Shown piece after piece: positions 9,407 to 20,914 of a stretch of DNA of 64,000 bases (position 1 is its first letter; each line of letters starts with the position of its first letter). The notes beneath the pieces were generated by a model, which made no database searches, was not told where the DNA came from, and worked only from the letters and a program-made list of their open reading frames with translations. The DNA comes from Vitreimonas sp. GTDB taxonomy: Bacteria; Patescibacteriota; Microgenomatia; UBA1400; PJMF01. Position numbers and translations under genes: made by a program. The DNA is taken from contig DASPLQ010000012.1 of the NCBI GenBank assembly GCA_035627515.1, positions 391,269 to 455,268 of the forward strand, given 5' to 3'.

Positions 9407-10648
9407 ATGAGTACTATTGATCATTTAATTCACAAAGTTCATTTTGGTAGTGATAACGAAAGCCGCAGCGCAGCTCAAGAAATTCGCCAGCTCGCTGAAG
9501 CTCAAGGGGCTCGACCAGCTTCCATTCATGAACTTTATTTAGCCCGCGGCCGGGGTGAAATTCCATCTATTTTTACAGTGCCGGCTATGAATTTGCGCGG
9601 CTTATCGTATCTTACCGCTCAGGCAGCCTTCATCGCTGCCGAGCATACCAACACCGGACTCCTGATCTTTGAACTCGCCCGCTCAGAAATGAAGTACACG
9701 GCCCAGCCACCACATGTTTTTGCGAGTTCGATTTTGGCAGCGGCAGTCAAAACAGGTTGGCAGTTACCCGTCTTTATTCAAGGCGATCACGTTCAACCCA
9801 AGGCTGCTGCCCCAGGTCAAATCAAAGAGGGTGAACAAGCTGCTCTAGAAAATTTAATTAGAGAAGAAATTGCCGCTGGGTTTTATAACATTGATTTGGA
9901 TGGTTCCACGTTGGTTGATTCAAGCCAAACCTCACATTACGACCAGCAACGCCCCAACTACACCTATACTGCCAACATGGCTAAATTAGTCAGGTCACTG
10001 CAACCAAGTGGCGTGATAATTTCGCTCGGATGTGAGATTGCTGAAGTCGGCACTCACCTTTCCTCAGCTGAACAATTTGAAGGCTTTATGACTGGCTTTA
10101 CTGAATTGTTTGGTATCACCGATGGGCTCGCCAAAGTGGCCATTCAAACAGGCACCAGCCACGGTGGCTCAGTTAATCCGGATGGGACACCCGGACCGAT
10201 GAAAGTGGATTTTGAGACCATTAGAACCCTATCGCGCATGGCTCGCGAACGCTATGGTATGGCTGGTGGTGTGCAGCATGGGGCGAGCACATTGTCCGAT
10301 GAAATGTTTGCCAAGTTTCCTCAACATGAAGCTGCCGAAATTCATCTCTCTACCGGTTTTCAAAATGCAATTATGGATCATCCAGCCTTCCCAGCTGAGT
10401 TAAAACAACAAATGTATCGTTGGTGTGACGAGCACTGCGCTGATGAGCGTAAACCTGAGTGGACTGACGCTCAGTTTTACATCAAAACGCGTAAAAAAGC
10501 CTGGCAACCTTTTAAAGAAGCTACCTGGAATTTACCAGAAGCGACGTTGAGTGCTTTTCAGCAATCACTCATTGAAGAGTGTGCTCACTACTATCACCAG
10601 CTTAACGTCATCAATAGTCAGAAAACTGTCAGTCATTACTTGAGATAG
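9407..10648 (+). CDS. fba: Class II fructose-bisphosphate aldolase family
   Basis: TVPAMN, QGDH, IDLDGS, QTGTSHGG, VQHGAS; adjacent to pgk. Confidence 0.88.
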   Translation: MSTIDHLIHKVHFGSDNESRSAAQEIRQLAEAQGARPASIHELYLARGRGEIPSIFTVPAMNLRGLSYLTAQAAFIAAEHTNTGLLIFELARSEMKYTAQPPHVFASSILAAAVKTGWQLPVFIQGDHVQPKAAAPGQIKEGEQAALENLIREEIAAGFYNIDLDGSTLVDSSQTSHYDQQRPNYTYTANMAKLVRSLQPSGVIISLGCEIAEVGTHLSSAEQFEGFMTGFTELFGITDGLAKVAIQTGTSHGGSVNPDGTPGPMKVDFETIRTLSRMARERYGMAGGVQHGASTLSDEMFAKFPQHEAAEIHLSTGFQNAIMDHPAFPAELKQQMYRWCDEHCADERKPEWTDAQFYIKTRKKAWQPFKEATWNLPEATLSAFQQSLIEECAHYYHQLNVINSQKTVSHYLR

Positions 10649-10666
10649 AGCTGTTACAATAGGCCA

Positions 10667-11011
10667 ATGCATAAGCCTAAGTTACAGCAAGACCTGTCAG
10701 CCTGCCCTGTGGCCAAAGCTGCTCAACTGATTGGTGATATTTGGGTGATTTTAATCGTCAAAGAGTTACTAAATGGTCCTCGCCGCTTCAGTCAACTCGA
10801 ATCTGCCATCAACGGCACCGAACCCATTGGTGATATCAGCACTCGCACACTCTCTCAGCGCTTAAAAATGTTGGAAGAAATTGGCATTTTGAGTCGCATA
10901 ACCTACAAGGTCACTCCACCCCATTCTGAGTACTCACTGACGGACAAAGGCCAAGCGCTCTCTCCTGTCATCGATTCTATTCGGCAGTATGGACAAATGT
11001 TTTTAAGTTAA
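10667..11011 (+). CDS. HxlR-family winged-helix transcriptional regulator
   Basis: CPV....IGD.W...I...L..GP.RFSQL...IS.RTLS.RLK.LE..GI...Y...PP..EYSLT.KG. Confidence 0.93.
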   Translation: MHKPKLQQDLSACPVAKAAQLIGDIWVILIVKELLNGPRRFSQLESAINGTEPIGDISTRTLSQRLKMLEEIGILSRITYKVTPPHSEYSLTDKGQALSPVIDSIRQYGQMFLS

Positions 11012-11025
11012 TTTACGTGCTCAAT

Positions 11026-11445
11026 ATGGCAAACCATTCACCTACCACTTACAAGTACATTGTTGTGCAAAAAGATCGGCCTTTTTCTGCCGCTCGCGGC
11101 TTGGCTTTACTCATTTCGGGACTGAGCATTTATGGTATGGTCATTCCCATTGCCTTTCTCGATCTATGCTTGTATTTTTATCAAGAAATTTACTTTACTT
11201 TAAACGGAATTCCCAAAATTCCTCGGAGCCGCTATGTGGTTATTCAACGTCATCGCTTAGGAAAACTCACTTTGCGTCAAAAAATTGGTTGCGCTTACTG
11301 TGAGTATGGAAATGGTGTCTTTGCCTGGGCAAAAGCAGTAGGAAACCAGACAGAAATTTATTCATGCGCGATTAAATACTCACATGACTATCCGGGACAA
11401 GAGTACCAAAAACAGTTTTATGATTCTGAGGTATTTAAGAAGTAA
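11026..11445 (+). CDS. Hypothetical membrane protein with Cys motifs
   Basis: One long hydrophobic segment, CAYCEYGNG and YSCAIK. Confidence 0.7.
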   Translation: MANHSPTTYKYIVVQKDRPFSAARGLALLISGLSIYGMVIPIAFLDLCLYFYQEIYFTLNGIPKIPRSRYVVIQRHRLGKLTLRQKIGCAYCEYGNGVFAWAKAVGNQTEIYSCAIKYSHDYPGQEYQKQFYDSEVFKK

Positions 11446-11477
11446 TCTCTTAATTTAAGTACAAAAAAAGCGCTCTG

Positions 11478-11596
11478 TACTGGCCTCGAGCTATCTTCAC
11501 ACCCAGTTGCCCAGGCATTATTGTCACCGCTGAGGCGTTTCAAGACTCTGTTCGGGAAGGGAAGAGTTGGTTCCACCTCGCTCCAGAGACCAGTAC
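11478..11596 (-). rRNA. rrf: 5S rRNA
   Basis: Terminal stem GTACTGG/CCAGTAC and loop C CCCGAAC; lies downstream of 23S. Confidence 0.92.
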
Positions 11597-11744
11597 AAAA
11601 CGCTTTTAATTAAGTAACTAAATTATTAACTAACTCAATTACTTGAGAATTACTCCTCAAAAAGTGAAGAAAATAAGTCATGAGCCAAAAGACTGGCTAA
11701 CGTACACTCACCGAAGTGAGTTTCATTCAACGAATTACACTAAT

Positions 11745-14657
<2,913 letters not shown>

Positions 14658-14894
14658 TTGGTGTAAAAATATTTGTTTGAAATATTTGTTGTTGGATGCT
14701 ACCTACTTTGACAAAAATCAAAATAGGAATACGTCAGCCAATTGCTTTTGGCTGACATGACAATTTTCTTCACTTTTTAAAGAGCAATGCTTGGATAAAA
14801 TCCAAGTTTCAAAACTCAAATTTCACATTTGAAGTCTGGAACTCGGTTTCTAACCTTGTGGACCAAGCTGAGCTTGGTGTCACCCCAGCTAAGC

Positions 14895-14972
14895 TGGTGG
14901 ACCCTAAGGGGCTCGAACCCTTGACCTCCTCATTGCAAATGAGGCGCTCTAAGCCAACTGAGCTAAGGGCCC
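14895..14972 (-). tRNA. tRNA-Ala(TGC)
   Basis: GGGCCCTTAGCTCAGTTGGCTTAGAGCGCCTCATTTGCAATGAGGAGGTCAAGGGTTCGAGCCCCTTAGGGTCCACCA; G3:U70 pair and encoded CCA. Confidence 0.97.
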
Positions 14973-15120
14973 GCAAAAACCCACGGTCCTAACGGTTTTA
15001 TCTTTACTTGTGAATCAACTATGAAAATTACGGAGGGATTCTTCTGCCTGTTGGCGGAGAGAATGTCTCGATACTGTTATTTGACGCGCTTGATACGCAT
15101 CAGTCCCGAACAGAAACTAT

Positions 15121-15149
15121 ATTTTAAAGCGCAAACTCTCAAATTGCAA
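15121..15149 (-). promoter_or_regulatory. Promoter of the tRNA-Ala-23S-5S unit
   Basis: TTGCAA-17 nt-TAAAAT on the minus strand, about 150 nt upstream of tRNA-Ala. Confidence 0.65.
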
Positions 15150-15203
15150 GCCGCAATTAGCGATCAATTTAAAGAGAGAATGCTATGCAATTAAATTTAA
15201 AAT

Positions 15204-15617
15204 TTACTCTTCTCTTTTCACTCGTCGAAACACCACCGGAGCATGTAAAGCAAAAACTGGTCCACCAGTTAAAATCAAAGCAATTGCCCAAGCGTAGTCA
15301 CGTTTTCGCTGTTGGGCTTGATAATCAAAGTTCTTTTGTTCTTCTTCCCAGCGTTTGTACTCCGCTTGCCACAGCGCCAATGATTCTTTTTGTTCAGCAG
15401 TGACATCGCGACCTTTCTCAAACTGGGTGGTATCAAAATAAGGTTGGGGCGGCATCGAGTAGCGAGGTTCTTCAACTTTGAAAAAACTCGACAGTAACCA
15501 CGTGTTCACCAGTGAGGAAATACCGATCACTAGGCAAATTAAACCAATCAGGGTCGCCAACACAAAATAGAGTTGGTTCCAGAGAGAAAGTTTGGGAGCA
15601 GAAGTTTTAGTGGCCAT
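15204..15617 (-). CDS. Two-TM membrane protein (DUF5671-like)
   Basis: LYFVLATLIGL...; ..A..IA.ILTG.PVF..H pattern. Confidence 0.7.
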   Translation of the reverse strand: MATKTSAPKLSLWNQLYFVLATLIGLICLVIGISSLVNTWLLSSFFKVEEPRYSMPPQPYFDTTQFEKGRDVTAEQKESLALWQAEYKRWEEEQKNFDYQAQQRKRDYAWAIALILTGGPVFALHAPVVFRRVKREE

Positions 15618-15680
15618 ATCCTCCCATTCTACACTAAAAGACTTGCTTAGTACCAGCTTAACAGAAATAGATTTTAAGGC

Positions 15681-16889
15681 CTAAAGATCTTCAACTTGAA
15701 TGCCGTACTCTTTGAGTAATTGCTCTTCTTCTGGTGTGAGTTGAGTAGAACCTGATGGTCGAGTACCAGCTGGCATCTTGGGAGCAGGCACATCATCTTC
15801 ATCGGTCATCATAGTGGGCATGGTGCCGCTTGCGCCCATAGCTCCACCAAAGATACCTGAGAAGGCTTCTTGGAAGTCTCGAGCATCACTAGGAGCTTGG
15901 AAGGTAACTGGTTCATTAAATTTATCCATGTCCAGGCTAAACATGGCTTTGAGAGTTTGTACTTCTTCCAAAGCTGCCATCGCCGTGGCATTGGAACTAG
16001 ACTCAGCTTCAGCATTAGCACTCGCCATCAGCTGTTTCACATTCACTTGCAGTGGCAACGTCATTCTTCGAGTGTAGAAACTACTGCGATCAATATATAA
16101 CGTCGATTTCAGCTCGTCGGTAGCAGCCAAGAAGTCATTCAGTTGTTGAGCTTGTTGTTGCATTTCTTCGGCTGGGGTTTTTTGAATTTCAGCCATTTTC
16201 TTGACGTAGGCTGCGACAGCGGCGTCAGGTAAAGTCACATCAACTACGAAAACGCTGTGCTGATTGAGGTTCTCTTTGCGGGCATCACTGACTGTGGCTG
16301 CTTTCATTAATTCTTCAGTAGCTACCTTAGCTTCGGCTTTTTGCTCATCAGTCATAGCTGGCGTCTCTGCATCAGCCATCTCACTGGGGTCTAACTTCAG
16401 CCATTGGCCTTGTAATTGGGTCAAGTCCATAAATGGCATCGCTGGCAACTCATTGAACTTCAGGTAACTTGTTTTACCATCAATCTTCATATCCACATTG
16501 CCGCGCATGGTAGTGCCTTGCATCGTGAACTCACCGGCTAAATTCAAATCTTGTTGGGTAGCGGCTGGATCATACACATCGCTGGTTTTGACAGGACCGG
16601 CAAACTTGATGTTGCCACCAAACATTTTTTGGTCAGTGCTGCTTAACACTTCGCCATCTAACTTCATGTCCATATGAAATGACGTCACGCCTTCCATAGC
16701 TGTGGCTGACTGCATCAACACTGTTTGACCATCTTTAGTGCCGGGCAACATTAAGTACAAGCGATCAAAGCGTTGTTTAACGCCCTGGCGAAAGTTAGCA
16801 AACATACCGCCCTCGGCTGCTTGCGCTGGCGTGGCCATTGTTAAAGCCACCAGACCAATCATGCTAAAAGTCAGTAAGGTTTTTTTCAT
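15681..16889 (-). CDS. Secreted protein, possible LppX/LolA-like beta fold
   Basis: Signal peptide ending AQA, 'LYIDRSSFYTRR' and 'DKFNEPVTFQAPSDA' motifs, low-complexity C-terminal tail. Confidence 0.65.
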   Translation of the reverse strand: MKKTLLTFSMIGLVALTMATPAQAAEGGMFANFRQGVKQRFDRLYLMLPGTKDGQTVLMQSATAMEGVTSFHMDMKLDGEVLSSTDQKMFGGNIKFAGPVKTSDVYDPAATQQDLNLAGEFTMQGTTMRGNVDMKIDGKTSYLKFNELPAMPFMDLTQLQGQWLKLDPSEMADAETPAMTDEQKAEAKVATEELMKAATVSDARKENLNQHSVFVVDVTLPDAAVAAYVKKMAEIQKTPAEEMQQQAQQLNDFLAATDELKSTLYIDRSSFYTRRMTLPLQVNVKQLMASANAEAESSSNATAMAALEEVQTLKAMFSLDMDKFNEPVTFQAPSDARDFQEAFSGIFGGAMGASGTMPTMMTDEDDVPAPKMPAGTRPSGSTQLTPEEEQLLKEYGIQVEDL

Positions 16890-16989
16890 ATGTCAGCTCC
16901 CGGTGTTTGATATAAAAGTTATTTCTTAGCCCGTATCATACTCTACGACTAGAGAATCTAAAATAAGAAATTAGTAAGATCGGTGGAGC

Positions 16990-17292
16990 CTACTCGATTT
17001 TACCCACAAACAAGGTTTCACCACTATATTGACCAGTGATGGTAACTGTTTGTCCCACGTACTGTGATAAATCGACGCCATAACTATCGATATCCTCAGG
17101 TTGTTGGCCTGTAGCTTGAATAAAGTACTGCGTGCCAACTTGGGTAATTTTGCCGGTAATAATGGTGTCACCACTTTTTTGGGCGGCTTCACTGGGGACA
17201 GTAGGCGATGTGCTGTCGCTCTTGGTGCCAGTACACGCTGAGAAAACTAAACTGCTCATTACCATCAGTCCCAGCACAAAAGATTTTTTCAT
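16990..17292 (-). CDS. Small lipoprotein, OB-fold-like
   Basis: Lipobox FSAC; DLSQYVGQTVTITG. Confidence 0.75.
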   Translation of the reverse strand: MKKSFVLGLMVMSSLVFSACTGTKSDSTSPTVPSEAAQKSGDTIITGKITQVGTQYFIQATGQQPEDIDSYGVDLSQYVGQTVTITGQYSGETLFVGKIE

Positions 17293-17323
17293 ACTTTATC
17301 CTAACGCAGATGCCCAGCCTACC

Positions 17324-17758
17324 TCAAGCCTTGGTTTGTTGTTGGAGCAGTTGGGTGGTAGAAACTGCGGGATTATGGTCATGAACCACCACTACCTGTC
17401 CCCCATACTTGGCTAACAAAGCTTGCTTCTTATCTAGGTGAGCAGTGTGGGAAGACACTGCTAAAAAATCAGGGTGATACTGCGCGATCAAGGCTTCATG
17501 GTGTTCTGGTTTATCAAAAGCTTCAGGCAATATAAAAACCTCATCTGCTAAGCCTAAATTTTCCAAATTTGTTTTTCTGATCGCGGCAGTGTTAATTGGC
17601 CGGCCTGGACCTTTGATAGCGGCCACGCGAACATCAGATTCAATGCCCACTACTAATTCATCACCCAACGCTTTCGCCTTCTGCAAAAATTCCACATGCT
17701 CATGGTGCAAAATATCAAACACACCGGTCACTAATACGGTTTTTTTAGCTTCAGACAT
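17324..17758 (-). CDS. Cytidylyltransferase family (HIGH superfamily; TagD/RfaE-like)
   Basis: TGVFDILHHEH, KGPGRPI, VSTTQL. Likely start MSEAKK at 17758, overlapping the upstream stop. Confidence 0.88.
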   Translation of the reverse strand: MSEAKKTVLVTGVFDILHHEHVEFLQKAKALGDELVVGIESDVRVAAIKGPGRPINTAAIRKTNLENLGLADEVFILPEAFDKPEHHEALIAQYHPDFLAVSSHTAHLDKKQALLAKYGGQVVVVHDHNPAVSTTQLLQQQTKA

Positions 17759-18638
17759 GAGATTTCCTTTTCGATCGAGTATTTTGCGTTTGGGTCCACC
17801 GCTCTTCAATTAACCGCCGTGTATCACGCGGATGAAAAAAAGCTTCACCTTTTCCTACCTGCTCACGAGTCATGTGTGATTTCATGTACCAATGTTGAAA
17901 TTGGAATGCTGCGGTTTCTAACCAATCAATTAAAATATTGCCGCTGGTGGTTGAGGCCTTAACTTTTTCGTCAATTCGCAGCTCAGCATTAGGCAACCAA
18001 GTTGCCACCCATCTATTGATAGTGTGAAACTGAGTGGCAATGTTTTTTTTATCCAATACAAATTTGGCTTGGGTTACTTCGTAGGCCGTGTAGAGATTCT
18101 GCCGCGCGCGAGGCATCGCCAAATGATCCTCATCTAACCACAAATTAAAACACCAACTATCTTGTTCTTCCCCATGCCAAGTGCGGCGCTTGCCATACAA
18201 AACAGCAATCAGCGTCACGAGCAGCCTGGTTAACCACAACCGCCGAGGCTGCGTGATCATCATAAAGTCCACATCATCTTTCCCTACCGCGTTATTCATC
18301 GCCAGCGAACCCGTCACCGCCACTGCTGATAACCATGGAATGTACCTCGCCCAACGCAGAAAAGTTGTGACTTCCTTCCACTTCGGCTGGGACCACTTCT
18401 CCCGCTGCTGCCGAATCACAAAAAACGTTTCACCATTTTTAAGTGCATACGATTTGGTCGCTTTATGAAAAACAACGTTCTTACTCTCAATTAACTTTGC
18501 CAAAGCTGCTTTAAACTCAGCTTTTGTATATTTCTCTCCACTACCAATCAACCGCTGCCACAACTCAGTCTCGGTCAACGGATACTGAAATTGATGGGTA
18601 TAGGCCAAAGTCTGGACAATTGCGTCACGAATCGTCAT
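17751..18638 (-). CDS. Pol-beta-like nucleotidyltransferase-domain protein
   Basis: VTGSLAMNNA...DDVDFMII (GS-x10-DxD). Confidence 0.75.
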   Translation of the reverse strand: MTIRDAIVQTLAYTHQFQYPLTETELWQRLIGSGEKYTKAEFKAALAKLIESKNVVFHKATKSYALKNGETFFVIRQQREKWSQPKWKEVTTFLRWARYIPWLSAVAVTGSLAMNNAVGKDDVDFMMITQPRRLWLTRLLVTLIAVLYGKRRTWHGEEQDSWCFNLWLDEDHLAMPRARQNLYTAYEVTQAKFVLDKKNIATQFHTINRWVATWLPNAELRIDEKVKASTTSGNILIDWLETAAFQFQHWYMKSHMTREQVGKGEAFFHPRDTRRLIEERWTQTQNTRSKRKSHV

Positions 18639-18670
18639 CGGCTCTATTGTAATAAGTTTTAGCCAAAGGG

Positions 18671-19858
18671 CTAGCGAGAATTAAAAACTCGATCGATTTG
18701 GAAGTAGAGTTGCCGTTGACCCTCTAAATCAATATTCTGGGCACCTGTAAACACAATTCTGTGTCCTCTTCCTACGTAAATGGTGTGTTGTGAATCTAAT
18801 CGGTCAAGATAAGGCCCTTCATGAAAAGCAACCGCACTAGCGAATGGGGTATCTAAATACAAAGTAACTCTTACTGCTCGTTGACTAAGACCTTTATTGA
18901 ATGATTCCAAAACATATGTCACCTGAGGAAAATGGGCCGAATGATACTCAAACGTCCGAGTTACTACTAGATCTTCCGGCAAAATATCTTTCAGTAATTG
19001 ACCATCTAAGCTCATGTCAGCAATGCCTAACTCAGTTAAAGTGAATCTTTGCTGTGTTGAAGGTTCACTAGCTACCAGATCCAACTTTCCCAGCTGCCAA
19101 TTGCCCCCATCTAAAAGTGCTTGCCACAATACCGCGGCTCGGTCTTCATTTTCTACCGGGACTCCACCAACATCGAGAGGCGGCTCACCTGACTCAGCAT
19201 CTAACGTACCCCACCGATAATAAATTGCATAATACGGGAAGTCATCGTCATCAGATTGCTGACCCTTTTTGACTATCTCTGTTATGATCTGAAAATGAGT
19301 GTAGTTTTCCTCAATATATTTTCTAAACTCTGTGGAATGTTGAATAACATTCACAAAGTTAATAATTTCAATTGACAACTCCCGGCTGTCTCTCAAAATA
19401 GAAACCGCCACAAACAACTTGGGTAATAGTTCAACTAGCTGGGGAATAGTAATATTCCCCTCGCACCAATTTTCACTTAAGGTCTGCAAAATAGCTTCAA
19501 GTTGGCGCTGGGTGCTTTCAGAATCAAAAGATGGAAAGGAGTCTAATCGCTTTCGAAGCGCGATATATTCAACTGGATAACGAGACGTTTCTGAGTGCGT
19601 AACGGGAAGTGAATGATTATCTCGTCCTTCACCAACCACTCGTGCTCCAGCGGTTATAAAGGTTGTGAAGGCTAAAATTGCCGTCAAAAATCTCAATGAG
19701 CGATGAGTTCTTTTTCTCTGGGATAAAATTTGATGCTTTTCAATAGCTTCATGCCGCAATTTAAGCTTGGCAAGCGCTTGACTTAGAAATTCTGAGTCAC
19801 CTAAGCGACTATTATGCAACCTAGTTGCAACCACCACATTACTTTCAAGATTTTTCAT
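18671..19858 (-). CDS. Hypothetical single-TM protein, 395 aa
   Basis: Long ORF with one TM segment near residues 55-75. Confidence 0.75.
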   Translation of the reverse strand: MKNLESNVVVATRLHNSRLGDSEFLSQALAKLKLRHEAIEKHQILSQRKRTHRSLRFLTAILAFTTFITAGARVVGEGRDNHSLPVTHSETSRYPVEYIALRKRLDSFPSFDSESTQRQLEAILQTLSENWCEGNITIPQLVELLPKLFVAVSILRDSRELSIEIINFVNVIQHSTEFRKYIEENYTHFQIITEIVKKGQQSDDDDFPYYAIYYRWGTLDAESGEPPLDVGGVPVENEDRAAVLWQALLDGGNWQLGKLDLVASEPSTQQRFTLTELGIADMSLDGQLLKDILPEDLVVTRTFEYHSAHFPQVTYVLESFNKGLSQRAVRVTLYLDTPFASAVAFHEGPYLDRLDSQHTIYVGRGHRIVFTGAQNIDLEGQRQLYFQIDRVFNSR

Positions 19859-19924
19859 AGATGGGGTGTATTATAACTCCGCGTGTAAACAGGGCTTTGG
19901 GGAAATCAATTTTAGAAAGACCTC

Positions 19925-20908
19925 TCAGTTCCCAAAAAAGCGTTGTGAAATGTGGTCAACACCACCGGGGCTGCTTTGAAATTGCAACTGTGCAGACGTC
20001 CAGTGATGATCAGCAAATAGCTGCTCAATTGTCTCCCAGTCATAGCGTCCAAACACACGTAAATCAATGGCTTCACCAAAATTAGGTAAGCCTGATGAGG
20101 GAATACTAATAGAGTTCTCAGAGTTTTCACTCTCATTATTAGCCTCTAGGTTCTGCGCGTCAGCTTCAGCAGTTTCACTCACAGGGCGAGTAATCGCATC
20201 TTTCATAAACTGACTCCGCGAACTCACTCCCCACGACAAAATCATTTCATAACCTTGTCCGTCTTTTTCACCATTAAAAACAAAGCGGAAATTAATATAC
20301 CGTTCAGGATGTGCTTTAATAAATTGTTTGATTTGAGGTGAGGCTTCCAAAAACTTAAAAATATTAAAAAGATCATTAATAAATTGCTGGTTTCCCTCAG
20401 CAAACTGTGCCTGTTCAGGAAATTTTTCTATTAACGATATAAACTCATCTGGCGAGTGAGTACGACCATAGTCTTGAATAGCTTGAAATAACTCAGGATA
20501 TTTTTCTTTATTTCTAATCAGAAATCTGAAAATGATTAAATCGGCTTCGTTATCCCATTGCCCTGGATTGTAGTACACCTGTTCAGCATCACCACCTCGC
20601 TGCACTATCACATCTTCATGGTGACGAGTAGCAATAGTGGTCACCGCTACCGCCCCCAACATAACTCTCAAGACATTGCGCACAAAGCGGTGTTTAATAG
20701 GAAAGCTTTTTAAGCCATTTTCCAAAAAATCAAGCAGAGTGGTAAACTCGGCTTTGGCCTGATCTTGTTCTGGAGAAAAAGTGTTTGAGACTGAGTCCAT
20801 TCCAGCTAATCGGGCTTGCAATGCTTTGGCCTTTTCAGCAATATACTCTGGGTCACTTAATTGACTGAGGTGTGGCTCAGCTGGGGCAACTTGGTCTTTG
20901 TTAACCAT
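19925..20908 (-). CDS. Hypothetical single-TM protein, 327 aa
   Basis: Long ORF with one TM segment near residues 78-95. Confidence 0.75.
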   Translation of the reverse strand: MVNKDQVAPAEPHLSQLSDPEYIAEKAKALQARLAGMDSVSNTFSPEQDQAKAEFTTLLDFLENGLKSFPIKHRFVRNVLRVMLGAVAVTTIATRHHEDVIVQRGGDAEQVYYNPGQWDNEADLIIFRFLIRNKEKYPELFQAIQDYGRTHSPDEFISLIEKFPEQAQFAEGNQQFINDLFNIFKFLEASPQIKQFIKAHPERYINFRFVFNGEKDGQGYEMILSWGVSSRSQFMKDAITRPVSETAEADAQNLEANNESENSENSISIPSSGLPNFGEAIDLRVFGRYDWETIEQLFADHHWTSAQLQFQSSPGGVDHISQRFFGN

Positions 20909-20914
20909 ATCATC

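Noticed and set aside
15025-15050. GAATCCCTCC (minus strand) as a remnant 16S 3' end
   Set aside because: No helix 44/45 sequence precedes it and the match is too short.
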